64,000 bases of DNA from Spirochaetales bacterium (GTDB taxonomy: Bacteria > Spirochaetota > Spirochaetia > JABEVK01), in NCBI GenBank assembly GCA_027451945.1, contig DAIDHT010000033.1:4245-68244 (forward strand), written 5' to 3'. Positions 18,874 to 28,419 of this stretch are shown in pieces. The notes beneath the pieces are model-generated. The model did no database searches. It saw only the letters and a list, made by a program, of their open reading frames with translations, and was not told where the DNA came from. The position numbers were made by a program, and so were the translations under genes. The stretch's first letter is position 1; every line of letters begins with the position of its first letter.

Positions 18874-19377
18874 TTAATGAAAATACTCGTCCTTGGTCAG
18901 CCAAATTTCTTCCATGCGATACAAGTGCCAGTCATCGTGAATCACCAAGTGTCGAGCAATGATACTCAAGGAATACAGCCGATACTCGCCATGTAGGGCT
19001 TGCTTTTTCCAGTCCGACTTGCGGGCCTTGGCGAAAAGCTTCAATTGCTTATCCCGCAGGCGCCGATAAGTCGTAAGGGCGGCCCCGATCGAAGGGAAAA
19101 GCTCAGCCAAGGCCGGCTCATTATCAGGAAAATACGGCTGGATCACCGGTCGCTCTTCGGCAAGAATCAGTTTGATCCGCCCTAGAAGTAACTTTTGGAC
19201 ATCGGCTAAATGGTACAGGTGTTCCCTGAGTGTCCAGACTTCGGGCCCTCGCCGCACATCCCAGAGGTCTTGAGGAATCTGTTTGGTAAAATCTTCGATC
19301 ACCTGGGACTGCAGAGCCAGGATCTTTTTGGTCGCGCGTGGAATTTTCACACAGCCCTCCTTGAACACACAAGTCAT
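18874..19377 (-). CDS. DinB/YfiT-like (DinB_2) family protein
   Basis: Four-helix-bundle His pattern (HLYHLADVQ ... HLVIHDDWHLYRM) typical of DinB_2 metal-dependent proteins. Confidence 0.65.
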   Translation of the reverse strand: MTCVFKEGCVKIPRATKKILALQSQVIEDFTKQIPQDLWDVRRGPEVWTLREHLYHLADVQKLLLGRIKLILAEERPVIQPYFPDNEPALAELFPSIGAALTTYRRLRDKQLKLFAKARKSDWKKQALHGEYRLYSLSIIARHLVIHDDWHLYRMEEIWLTKDEYFH

Positions 19378-19437
19378 CCTTCTATGTTCCTTTTTATCTT
19401 GTTCCCCCTTGCTAAACTTTTCAAGTCACCGTACTAT

Positions 19438-19456
19438 TACTTTGCGACACAAAGTA
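19438..19456. promoter_or_regulatory. inverted repeat TACTTTG-CGACA-CAAAGTA with an additional direct TTTACTTT copy, upstream of the wHTH regulator
   Basis: Read directly. It lies 28 bp upstream of the regulator ATG, just before its AAGGAGAG SD. Confidence 0.4.
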
Positions 19457-19483
19457 GCTTTACTTTCTAAAAGGAGAGCTCAG

Positions 19484-19828
19484 ATGCCCGAGAATCCCGC
19501 GCATGCTACCGAGGTGAGAGATCTCTACACCAAGTTTGATGCGGTATTTTTTGAAAAAACTCGGCTGTCGATTATTACCCTGCTTTACCGTGACAAGGAA
19601 ATTTCTTTCAATCAGCTTAAAGAAGCCCTAGGGGCCAGCGACGGCGGTCTCTATGCACACTTAGAAAAGCTTCGTCAGGCCGGGTACGTAGACGGGCAAA
19701 AAGCTATCATTGAGAATTCGATCAGTTCGCAATACTTTCTTACGCTGTTGGGGAAAACCAGGTTTCGCGAGTATGTCGAGTTTTTAGCCTCCGTAGTGAA
19801 TGCTCACACGGAAAAGGAGAGTTCATGA
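19484..19828 (+). CDS. winged-helix transcriptional regulator (ArsR/PadR-like), 114 aa
   Basis: LSIITLLYRDKEISFNQLKEALGASDGGLYAHLEKLRQAGYV is a wHTH pattern. Start at the ATG at 19484 behind AAGGAGAG. The stop overlaps the next gene (ATGA). Confidence 0.65.
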   Translation: MPENPAHATEVRDLYTKFDAVFFEKTRLSIITLLYRDKEISFNQLKEALGASDGGLYAHLEKLRQAGYVDGQKAIIENSISSQYFLTLLGKTRFREYVEFLASVVNAHTEKESS

Positions 19829-20613
19829 ATTCGTTCATTCGTGAGTTTCGCCGCCGGCCACGGTTGGCAGTACTTTTGACCCTCTTGTGTCTGGGGGCCC
19901 CTTTTGCCTGGGCACAGAGTGTGCCCGACGGCAACACCCTTTTGGCCCGGATTGACGAAATCCGTTTTCCCGAAGATTTCACCATGAAGGTAACGCTCAC
20001 AACGGTCACCCAAGGCGAAGACCCCAAAGTGATGAGCATGGAAGTTACTCATAAAAAAGGCTTGGGAAGTTTTTTACAGATCCTGTCGCCCCCTCGGTCC
20101 CGTGGCACACGGATGTTGACGGAATCGGGGAGCCTGTGGCTCTATAACCCCCACTCAGGCTCAAGTCGTCCCCTGCGCCTGGCCCCTCGGGATTCCTTTC
20201 AGGGCTCGGCCTTTTCTAACTCGGATGTCTCCCGCACCTCCTTTTTAGACGACTACCGTGGGGTTTTTGAAAAAGCTGAAGTGATTGATCACCCCGAGTT
20301 TGGTAAAGTCAAAGTCTGGCAGTTGCGGGCCGTCGCGAAAAGACCTGAAGCCGCTTACGGCTGGATTGAAATGTGGGTTCGTCAAGGTGACCTTTTACCG
20401 CTCAAGTTCGATTACTATGCCAAATCGGGACTCCTGTACCGAAAAATGGTCCTCAGTCATTATAAAGAGATGGCGGGCCGCCTACGAGCCACCGAAATGC
20501 AGATGGTGTCCCTAGACCAAACCGGCACGACCTCGACCTTGGTGATCAACAGTATGAAGACTCGTCATGACATCCCCGACGAGCTGTTCAACTTGAACGC
20601 CTTAACGAGGTGA
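19825..20613 (+). CDS. LolA-like outer-membrane lipoprotein-sorting fold protein (periplasmic)
   Basis: Signal peptide (AVLLTLLCLGAPFAWAQ). Its size and adjacency to a MacB/LolCDE-type transporter fit COG2834-like proteins. Confidence 0.6.
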   Translation: MNSFIREFRRRPRLAVLLTLLCLGAPFAWAQSVPDGNTLLARIDEIRFPEDFTMKVTLTTVTQGEDPKVMSMEVTHKKGLGSFLQILSPPRSRGTRMLTESGSLWLYNPHSGSSRPLRLAPRDSFQGSAFSNSDVSRTSFLDDYRGVFEKAEVIDHPEFGKVKVWQLRAVAKRPEAAYGWIEMWVRQGDLLPLKFDYYAKSGLLYRKMVLSHYKEMAGRLRATEMQMVSLDQTGTTSTLVINSMKTRHDIPDELFNLNALTR

Positions 20614-20616
20614 CTC

Positions 20617-21828
20617 ATGAAGAAACGGGCCCTGTTTTGGGGTGTTCTTTTTCTGGGGCTGGCGAGTCTTTCGCTTTCTGCTCAAGACGAGCCCAGGTTT
20701 AACTATGTCGCCGATGCTGGGCAGATTCTTCTCGGCTCGGCCCCCGATTGGAACGCAGGTGCCACCGCGCAGTGGCTGTTGGACCTCAACGGCCGCCTCA
20801 GCTTTTCGCAAGGGGCTACAGCCTTCATCCTGGACGGTTCGGCCTATTTGCCGCTGGGGAACTCGCTTCAGACGGGGCAGGCACTCTTTGATGTCGCCGA
20901 AGCCTACGTCAGGCTCACCCCCTTTCCGGGGCTGGATTTAACGTTCGGTAAAAAGCGCCTCAACCTCGGGGTTGGGCAAACCTTTACCGTGGGTGACTCG
21001 ATCAACCCCGCGATCAACTTTTTTGACCAAAAAAGCGGCTTTCGAGGAGCCACCTGGGCGTGGTCACCAAACGCTTGGTTCGGGTGGACTGGCGGAATTT
21101 CGCTGGAACGCGAGCTAGGCAACACTTTGGGGGGCACGGGAACAAGCCCGACCTTTTCTGCCAACAACCTGGCCGGGGCAACTCAACTTAGCGTTCAGAC
21201 GGGCCGCTTTCAAGGAACCGCCAGCCTGTGTTTCAGTCCCAGCCAAACCTTCAACCCCGCCCTAGGGGTTTCGTACGACGTAAGTGGAGTCATTCTGACG
21301 GCAGAAGGAGCGGTTGAGTTTCTGCCCCAAGGGCTCGTGCCAGCATCGGGCCCTGTCAGTACCTGGACCGCCCCCACGGCTTGGACCCAACCAGCCCCCT
21401 CCGGCTCCGTGGGCGCGCGCTATACGTGGTCGGTGGGTGATGTTGACCTCACCGTTCAAGGAGAAACCTTGTACTGGGGGCAAGGCTGGACCTCCAGCCA
21501 AGTGGCCCAAGCGAATGCCCTTCCTGGAACCACCGTATCGGCCCTTCGCCCCGCCCTTCGTGACCGGTACAACGCTATCTTCCACCTGGATGCGAATTCA
21601 AGCAACACCTTTGATTTGGCGGGCTTTTGTCTGGTCGACCTTCAGGACGCCAGTACTCTCTACCAGGCAAGCCTCACCCTCTATCCTTGGGACAGTCTAG
21701 ACCTGGTGGGGATCTTTCAGGCGGCAACAGGGGCTGTTACCGATGCCTGGAACAGTGTGCCGCTCCCGCCTCCCAGTATGCAAACCGCGCGTTATGTCGT
21801 GACCTTTCAAACTCGTTATCATTTTTAA
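20617..21828 (+). CDS. outer-membrane beta-barrel protein (hypothetical)
   Basis: Signal peptide, alternating hydrophobic beta-strand pattern rich in Gly/Ser/Thr, and a C-terminal ...TRYHF ending in Phe. Confidence 0.55.
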   Translation: MKKRALFWGVLFLGLASLSLSAQDEPRFNYVADAGQILLGSAPDWNAGATAQWLLDLNGRLSFSQGATAFILDGSAYLPLGNSLQTGQALFDVAEAYVRLTPFPGLDLTFGKKRLNLGVGQTFTVGDSINPAINFFDQKSGFRGATWAWSPNAWFGWTGGISLERELGNTLGGTGTSPTFSANNLAGATQLSVQTGRFQGTASLCFSPSQTFNPALGVSYDVSGVILTAEGAVEFLPQGLVPASGPVSTWTAPTAWTQPAPSGSVGARYTWSVGDVDLTVQGETLYWGQGWTSSQVAQANALPGTTVSALRPALRDRYNAIFHLDANSSNTFDLAGFCLVDLQDASTLYQASLTLYPWDSLDLVGIFQAATGAVTDAWNSVPLPPPSMQTARYVVTFQTRYHF

Positions 21829-21852
21829 GTGCGCAAATTTAAGGAGTCATCC

Positions 21853-22536
21853 ATGGCCGAACCCGTCCTAACGATCCGCGAAGTTACCAAGAACTATCAG
21901 CTGGGAAAAACCATTATTCCCGCCCTTAAGGGCGTCAGCTTTACCATTGACACCGGTGAATTTTTGTCGATTGTAGGCCCCTCCGGCTGTGGCAAAACAA
22001 CACTCCTCAATATTCTTGGCTGTATCGACAAGCCAAGCAGTGGCAGTGTGAGCTTTCAGGGCCGTGACCTCGCCACCCTCAATGATGATCAAGAAGCAGA
22101 CATTAGGCTCAACGAAATCGGCTTTATCTTTCAATCGTTTAATTTAATCGCCGTTCTCAATATCCGCGAGAACATCGAGTTCCCCCTTTTGATGCGCAAG
22201 GTAAGCGCCAAAGAACGACAAAAGATTGTCGATCACTTGGTCGATGTGGTGGGACTGGGAGATTTCGTCAAACACAAACCCGATGAGCTTTCTGGCGGAC
22301 AAAGACAACGGGTGGCAATCGCCCGGGCCCTCGTCAACCGCCCCCGGCTTGTCATTGCGGACGAACCGACGGCCAACCTTGATTCCGTCACGTCAACCAT
22401 GATCATGGAGGTGATGAAACGCCTCAATGAAGAAGAAAAAGTCAGCTTCATCTTTTCGACCCACAACGCTTTGATTGAAAAGTATGCGACACGGATCATT
22501 CGTCTCAAAGATGGACTGATCGCCGGGGAGAACTAA
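21853..22536 (+). CDS. ABC transporter ATP-binding protein, MacB/LolD-type
   Basis: Walker A GPSGCGKTT, signature LSGGQRQRVAIARAL and Walker B LVIADEPT. The start was moved to the ATG at 21853 behind AAGGAG. Confidence 0.85.
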   Translation: MAEPVLTIREVTKNYQLGKTIIPALKGVSFTIDTGEFLSIVGPSGCGKTTLLNILGCIDKPSSGSVSFQGRDLATLNDDQEADIRLNEIGFIFQSFNLIAVLNIRENIEFPLLMRKVSAKERQKIVDHLVDVVGLGDFVKHKPDELSGGQRQRVAIARALVNRPRLVIADEPTANLDSVTSTMIMEVMKRLNEEEKVSFIFSTHNALIEKYATRIIRLKDGLIAGEN

Positions 22537-22538
22537 CC

Positions 22539-23768
22539 ATGTTCTTTAAACTGGCCTGGCTCAATATTTTTAAGCACAGCAAGCGGTCGTTGGTGGTTTT
22601 TTTTGCGGTGCTCATTGCCGTGGGAGTCCTCTCGCTCATCAGCGGCGTCCTTAGCGGGTTGACTTCAACCTTTTTGGACAGCATTTTGCCCACGGCTGGC
22701 CATCTTCAAATCAAGGCAGCTGGTTCCGATAACGCCGTGAACCCCCAGGACCTCAAGTACCTGTTACCCCACGCTGACAAGCTTTTAGCCAAGATTCAGG
22801 ATCCTCGGGTGCTGATTAAAGAAAAAATCTTGAGCTTTCCCGCTTTGGTGGTTCAGCCGGTACCGGTTGACAGCAAAGCCGAAGCAAAAAATCTCGGTAT
22901 GATGGGGCAAGGAGTCTCGCCCTCCACCGCCTTTTATTCGAACATCCGCGAAGGAATCACCCAAGGTAGCTTTCTGCCGCAAGGCCAGGGCATTCTCTTA
23001 TCCGAAAGTGCGGCAAAGCTGTTGGGAGTCAAGTATGGCGGGTCGGTGATGGTACTCACCACCGACCGTGACAACAATCCCTGGTACCAAGAGCTCAAAA
23101 TCACGGGGTTGTACCGTTCAGGGAGCGATTTAACCGACGACAGCTTGTTCTTTGTGTCCACGGCGACCGCAGAGTCGCTTTTGGACGCTCAAGGGATGAC
23201 TCGCGAAATCCGGTTGGTTTTAAAAAATCCTGCCGATAGCTATGCGGTCCGCCAAAGTTTGCGCCAAGAGTTTCCGCCACAACGGTACGAAATCGACGTC
23301 TGGCAAGAAACGTTTGGGTCACTCCTCACCATCCTCAAGCTTTTAGATGTCGTCTCGGCTATTATCCGCATCTTTTTTATCATCGTAGCCACGTCCGTGA
23401 TTGCCAATTCGATCCTGATGTCCATCTTCGAGCGGATGCGCGAACATGGCACCTTACGGGCGATCGGTCTAAAACGACGGCAGTTGTTGGCGATGTTGCT
23501 CACCGAGGGTGCCCTGTTAGGCGCTCTGGGAGCCCTCTGTGGCTTGGTTTTGGGGGTCAGCGCCGTTGCTCTTTTGTCCAAGGTGGGTGTCGATGTGGGG
23601 TCAGCCACCGAATACTTGGGTTTTGCCAGCCGCATCTACCCGGCCTTAAACCCGACCGATATCGTGGCCAACGGAGCGGCGGGAATTGTCATTGCCCTGG
23701 CGTCAACCTTTTATGCTGCCCGGGTAGCGGCCAAAAAGAGCGTCCTTGAGGCGCTAACGTACATATAA
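22539..23768 (+). CDS. ABC transporter permease, FtsX/MacB/LolC-like
   Basis: 409 aa. It has an N-terminal TM, a large periplasmic domain and C-terminal FtsX-type TM helices (RAIGLKRRQLLAMLLTEGALLG). Confidence 0.8.
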   Translation: MFFKLAWLNIFKHSKRSLVVFFAVLIAVGVLSLISGVLSGLTSTFLDSILPTAGHLQIKAAGSDNAVNPQDLKYLLPHADKLLAKIQDPRVLIKEKILSFPALVVQPVPVDSKAEAKNLGMMGQGVSPSTAFYSNIREGITQGSFLPQGQGILLSESAAKLLGVKYGGSVMVLTTDRDNNPWYQELKITGLYRSGSDLTDDSLFFVSTATAESLLDAQGMTREIRLVLKNPADSYAVRQSLRQEFPPQRYEIDVWQETFGSLLTILKLLDVVSAIIRIFFIIVATSVIANSILMSIFERMREHGTLRAIGLKRRQLLAMLLTEGALLGALGALCGLVLGVSAVALLSKVGVDVGSATEYLGFASRIYPALNPTDIVANGAAGIVIALASTFYAARVAAKKSVLEALTYI

Positions 23769-23779
23769 AAGGAGCTGGC

Positions 23780-25024
23780 ATGGAAATCTTCACGGTCGCC
23801 CTACGCAATGTTTTCCGTAACCCCCGGCGAACGTTTTTAAACGTCATTGCCATTGCCTTGGGAGTGATGGTCCTCATCAGTATGCAAGCCTGGATCATCG
23901 GCATGGAACAAACCGTCTATCAAACACAACGCGATATCGATACGGCAGATGTTCAAATTCTCAATCGAGGCTACCAGGCCGAAAGTGTTCGGCTTCCGCT
24001 GGATTTGGGCATCACCGACACCAAGGCCGTCGAAACTTTTGCTCGGAGCCTCCCTGGGCTGGAGGCCGTAGGAGCTCGCATCGACTACGCGGCAGGAATC
24101 AGCAACGGAGTCACCTCAGTCCCGGTTCAGGTTCGTGGTGTTGACCCCCAGGCGGAACCGAAACTCACCACCATTGCCCGCAACCTCACGGCTGGTACGT
24201 GGATGAAAAATTCCAACGATATCGTGGTCGGCAGTGGGCTTGCCGCTACCTTAGGTTTAAAGGTAGGACAGCAGGTTTTTTTGACGGCCCTGGACCGCTA
24301 TGGCGTTCGCAACCTCGTTGCTGGGACCATTTCGGGCATCTTTTCGTTGGGGTTTGCCCTCTTTGATCATCACATTATCTTCACCACCCTCGACAAGGCT
24401 CGGGAAGCCCTCTCGTTACCCCCCGATTTTGCGACCCGCGTGGTTCTTCGCTTTCACGGGAATGACACGGCAGCCGATACTGCCGAAACCATTCAGGCAC
24501 TTCGCCAAGATTCTGGCTTAGCTGGTCAGCCCCTCAAGGTCTACGAGTGGAAAGAGTTTGCACAAACGGTCGTCAGTTCCATTGACAGCCGTATCCGTAT
24601 TTTGACCCTCATGTTGGGGATTTTGGTTCTGCTAGTGACGGTAGGAATACTTAATTCCCTGTCGATGTCAGTTCAGGAACGCTTTCGCGAAATCGGTACC
24701 CTTCGAGCTTTAGGGATGAAGCGAAAAAACCTCCGCCGGCTTTTTTTGACTGAAGGACTGTTGCTGGGTGCGCTCGGTGGCCTTGCTGGGGTGCTAGCGG
24801 CCTTGGCCCTGGGAATCGCCTTTGCTGGGGGTATAGATGTACGAAAGCTCCTGCCCGAAAATATTCCCATTCCGTTTACCAGCCTCTTGAAGCCTGTCTA
24901 CGAACCCTTGCCGTTTGTGCTGGCGATCGCGGGCTCTGCTTTTATTGCCGTTGTGGGGGCGTGGCTCCCCGCGCGAAGGGCCGGGAAGCTCCAGATTGTC
25001 GACGCTCTGGGCAGTCACCTGTAA
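23780..25024 (+). CDS. ABC transporter permease, FtsX/MacB/LolE-like (second copy)
   Basis: 414 aa, with the same architecture as the previous gene (RALGMKRKNLRRLFLTEGLLLG). AAAGGAG SD. Confidence 0.8.
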   Translation: MEIFTVALRNVFRNPRRTFLNVIAIALGVMVLISMQAWIIGMEQTVYQTQRDIDTADVQILNRGYQAESVRLPLDLGITDTKAVETFARSLPGLEAVGARIDYAAGISNGVTSVPVQVRGVDPQAEPKLTTIARNLTAGTWMKNSNDIVVGSGLAATLGLKVGQQVFLTALDRYGVRNLVAGTISGIFSLGFALFDHHIIFTTLDKAREALSLPPDFATRVVLRFHGNDTAADTAETIQALRQDSGLAGQPLKVYEWKEFAQTVVSSIDSRIRILTLMLGILVLLVTVGILNSLSMSVQERFREIGTLRALGMKRKNLRRLFLTEGLLLGALGGLAGVLAALALGIAFAGGIDVRKLLPENIPIPFTSLLKPVYEPLPFVLAIAGSAFIAVVGAWLPARRAGKLQIVDALGSHL

Positions 25025-25032
25025 ACCGTTTC

Positions 25033-25074
25033 GCCCCCTCGTTGACAGGGGGCTTGCCTCCCCCTAGAGTGGGG
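25033..25074 (+). promoter_or_regulatory. G/C-run region able to form mutually exclusive hairpins between the permease gene and jetC
   Basis: GCCCCCT(25033-39)/AGGGGGC(25047-53), alternatively AGGGGG(25047-52)/CCCCCT(25060-65), and CCCC(25061-64)/GGGG(25071-74). No U-tract follows. Confidence 0.25.
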
Positions 25075-25076
25075 CT

Positions 25077-28000
25077 ATGTCTACTCTCTTTGAAACAGAT
25101 GTTCAAAGCGCTGGCTGGCATCTCAATACTCTCGAGATTTACAACTGGGGCACCTTTCACGACAAGATTTACCGCTTGGTCCCTCGCGGTAAAAACTCCC
25201 TGCTCACGGGGGCCAACGGGTCAGGCAAGACCACCGTGGTCGATGCTTTGGTTACCTTGCTGGTACCGCCGGGAAAACGTCACTACAACCAGTCGTCGGG
25301 GGCGGACAAAAAACGAGAACGCGACGAAACCTCGTATGTTCTGGGCGCGTATGGTACCCTTCGCGACGAAGACAGCACCTCGGGCGAAACGCAATACCTG
25401 CGGGGTAAAGATGATTTTTCGCTCCTTTTGGCCAGCTTTGCCAACGAGAGTTTTCAACAAGAAGCCACGTTAGCCCAACTGCGCTGGTGGTCGGCGGGCT
25501 CCTTGAAACGGCTCTACTTGGTGGCTAACGCCGGGCTTTCCTCCGAAGATTTGCTCCCGTTTGACGGGGGCCCCGCCTGGAAAAAAGCCCTTACAGCTCG
25601 ACATCCCGTGAAATTCTTCGACACCTTTGCCCTCTATGGGCAGACGTTTTCTAGCTTGTTTGGCCTAAAAAGCGACAAAGCCCTCAGTTTGTTTTCGCAT
25701 GTGGTCGGGGTTAAGGTGTTGGGCGACCTGAACGAGTTTATCCGCGACAACATGTTGGATGCGGCGGATATGGAAGAAGACTTCGCCAAACTCAAAAAGA
25801 ACTATGAAGACCTTTTGGGAGCGCATCAGCAGATTGAAAAGGCTAGGGAACAACTGCGTTTATTGGAACCGGCCATGCTGGCCGGCGAGCGCTGGGAAGC
25901 TCTCAGTCAGCAAAAAGCCGAGCAGGATCAAGCTTGGGAGGCTGTTGCCCCCGTTTTTGCGGCCCAAGAAAAACGACTTCTCGCCGAGGCCAAAAACCGT
26001 GAGCAAGTTCGTTTGGCCGCCGTCGAAGCTCAAAAGGACAGTTTGGACCTTCAGCTCGAAGATTTGCGCCGCCAAGAACGCGATTGGGAATTCGCCCTCC
26101 GCGACAAAAGTCAAAGTGGACTTTTGGACACTTTAGAGCGCGACGTAGCCCATCGCCGCGATATCCTGGCCGGAAAAGAGCGGTTAAGACTGGAGTATGA
26201 CGGTTTGGCCAAGGCCTTGGGGTTTGGTCCCGTCCAGGGAGAAACGGGCTTTTGGGAACACCGCGAAGAAGCTGTCCGACAAAAGTCAGCGCTCGAAGAA
26301 CAAGCGGCTCCTGCAAGCTTTGCCTGGGCCGAAGGGCGAAACCGTCTTCTTGCCGCCAGTGAGGAAGCCGAGGCGCTGACTCAAGAGCTAGAAAGTCTTC
26401 GCCATCATTCGGATGCGATTCCTCGCGACCGCAGGCAGTGGCGCGACCGAATGGCGGCCGACCTCGATATGGACCCTGAAAAACTTCCGTTTGCGGCCGC
26501 GTTGGTTCGGGTTCTTGAGCCTCAGTGGAGGCCCGCGGTAGAGCGGCTTTTGGGTGAATTTCTTTTGGCGGTTCTGGTTGACCCCGAACACGAAACTGCC
26601 GTTCGCGCCTGGGTCGGTGACCACCCCGGAAAAATCTTGGTCTTGCGCGACTCGACCGAAGAACAATTTTTTGTCTCGGAAGACAGGGACCAACTCACTG
26701 ACCTTTTAGAGTTTCGTCGCTTGGCACCTTGGGGGGAACGTTTGTCCGCGTGGTTGCGTCGAACCTACGATTTTCAGGCTTGCGAAAGCGATCAACTTTC
26801 GCGCACCCAGCGTGGCTTTACCCAAGACGGCTGGATTCGTGATGGGCGGCTGTGGAGCCGCCCCTCCCCTGGTTGGGACGATCCAGGGCACTTCGTCCTT
26901 GGTTGGGAGAATGAGGTCCAGCGCAAGGCCCTATTTCAGCGCCGAGAAACCGCGCAAACTGAACTGGCCCGCCTTGAGGCCCAACAAAATGCTTTAGAAG
27001 AAAAACGGCGCCAGACTGATAACCGACGGATACTTTTGGAAAAGCTTCTCGATTTTACTGCTTGGAACCAACTGGATACCGAGACCGAAACTGCCGAGCT
27101 TGCCAAGTTAGCGGACCGCAAGAAGGCACTAACCGGCGAAAGCGGCACCGACCAACTACACCAACGCTTAGCGGAGCTCAAAGTTGCCCTCAAAGACAAA
27201 ACTCGTGAAAAAGATGAAACGACCGCTCAGTCAGGACGACTCCGCAAGACCCTTGAAGAGTATGAAATGGAAGAGTCTGCGGCCCAGCGCATTCTGCTTG
27301 ACTTTGCTGGTTTTGATTTAGAAGAGGGCCAACGGCGCCTCGAACCGTGGCTCAAGCAGGTGAACATCTTGCTCGACCTCGGGTCTTTAGTTAAAGTCCG
27401 TGATGAAGTCAGTCGTACCCTGGCTGGCGAACGAAAACGAACCACCGACGACCTTAAACTCGTGGAACGGGAGCTAGAAACAGCCATGCATCGGTACATC
27501 AACCCGGGTGCTGAACTGGCCGCGCGCTTTCCCGAGTGGACAGGCGAAACCGCCTCGCTCATGGCCAAGGCTGACAACTTGAACGAGTTTCGTCAGCGTT
27601 ACGACCGAATTCGGCGTGAAGACCTCCCCGGGTACCAGAAACGGTTTAAGGATTGGCTCAACCAAAGATTGCTTGAAGACATCGCCGACTTTAGAACCTC
27701 GTTAGAAAATCACCTGCGTGCCATTCAAGAAACCGTGCGGGAACTTAACTCGTCTTTAAAAACTATCACCTACAACAGCCTTCCTGCTACCTTTATTCAA
27801 CTTCAGGCCGAAGACAGCCGTGATCTACAAATCCGCGACTTTCGGCGCATGCTCAAAGAGGCTCTAGTAGGTGACAGCGACCTCGAGCAGGCCTTTCATC
27901 GGATTCGCGCCATCATCCAAGCCCTAGCCGACGATGAGCTTTGGCGAAAAAAAGTCACCGATGTGCGCCATTGGCTTCAATTCGCCGCCGTGGAACGCTA

Positions 28001-28403
28001 TGCCGAAGACGGATCTCAACGCCAGTATTACCAGGATAGCCAGAGCTTATCGGGTGGCGAAAAGGCCAAGTTGGCCTACACCATTCTGGCAAGCGCGATC
28101 GCCCATCAATTTGGTATTAGGGGAACAGCGGGGTCGCGTTCCTTGCGTTTTGCCGTGGTGGACGAAGCCTTTAGCAAGGTTGACCCTGAAAACTCAAAAT
28201 TCGCGATGAAACTCTTTGAACAGATGAACCTTCAGTTGATGGTCGTGACCCCTCTGGATAAAATTAATGTGGTAGAAGACTACATTCGCACGATCCACTA
28301 CGTTGAAAACAAAAACCGCAAAACTTCGGCGGTTTATGATCTTTCACTCGAAAAAAGCGAGGATTTTCATGACTTTAGTCCCCTCTCCACCAACGGCCGA
28401 TAA
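25077..28403 (+). CDS. JetC/MksB-like SMC-family ATPase (1108 aa)
   Basis: N-terminal LEIYNWGTFHDKIY...LLTGANGSGKTTVVDALVTLLVPP and the YNQSSGADKKRERDETSYVLGAYG block characteristic of MksB/JetC. A long coiled-coil middle region. C-terminal LSGGEKAKLAYTILASAIA signature and VVDEAFSKVD Walker B. Confidence 0.8.
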   Translation: MSTLFETDVQSAGWHLNTLEIYNWGTFHDKIYRLVPRGKNSLLTGANGSGKTTVVDALVTLLVPPGKRHYNQSSGADKKRERDETSYVLGAYGTLRDEDSTSGETQYLRGKDDFSLLLASFANESFQQEATLAQLRWWSAGSLKRLYLVANAGLSSEDLLPFDGGPAWKKALTARHPVKFFDTFALYGQTFSSLFGLKSDKALSLFSHVVGVKVLGDLNEFIRDNMLDAADMEEDFAKLKKNYEDLLGAHQQIEKAREQLRLLEPAMLAGERWEALSQQKAEQDQAWEAVAPVFAAQEKRLLAEAKNREQVRLAAVEAQKDSLDLQLEDLRRQERDWEFALRDKSQSGLLDTLERDVAHRRDILAGKERLRLEYDGLAKALGFGPVQGETGFWEHREEAVRQKSALEEQAAPASFAWAEGRNRLLAASEEAEALTQELESLRHHSDAIPRDRRQWRDRMAADLDMDPEKLPFAAALVRVLEPQWRPAVERLLGEFLLAVLVDPEHETAVRAWVGDHPGKILVLRDSTEEQFFVSEDRDQLTDLLEFRRLAPWGERLSAWLRRTYDFQACESDQLSRTQRGFTQDGWIRDGRLWSRPSPGWDDPGHFVLGWENEVQRKALFQRRETAQTELARLEAQQNALEEKRRQTDNRRILLEKLLDFTAWNQLDTETETAELAKLADRKKALTGESGTDQLHQRLAELKVALKDKTREKDETTAQSGRLRKTLEEYEMEESAAQRILLDFAGFDLEEGQRRLEPWLKQVNILLDLGSLVKVRDEVSRTLAGERKRTTDDLKLVERELETAMHRYINPGAELAARFPEWTGETASLMAKADNLNEFRQRYDRIRREDLPGYQKRFKDWLNQRLLEDIADFRTSLENHLRAIQETVRELNSSLKTITYNSLPATFIQLQAEDSRDLQIRDFRRMLKEALVGDSDLEQAFHRIRAIIQALADDELWRKKVTDVRHWLQFAAVERYAEDGSQRQYYQDSQSLSGGEKAKLAYTILASAIAHQFGIRGTAGSRSLRFAVVDEAFSKVDPENSKFAMKLFEQMNLQLMVVTPLDKINVVEDYIRTIHYVENKNRKTSAVYDLSLEKSEDFHDFSPLSTNGR

Positions 28404-28419
28404 AACCCTGGGGCGAGCC

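Noticed and set aside
25221-27665. Multiple antisense or alternative-frame ORFs inside jetC (e.g. 25221-25460, 25903-26316, 26388-26693, 26936-27199, 27227-27577).
   Set aside because: They are nested in the strongly supported 1108-aa SMC-like ATPase gene and are rich in Arg/Ser/Ala/Pro, which marks them as GC-frame artefacts.
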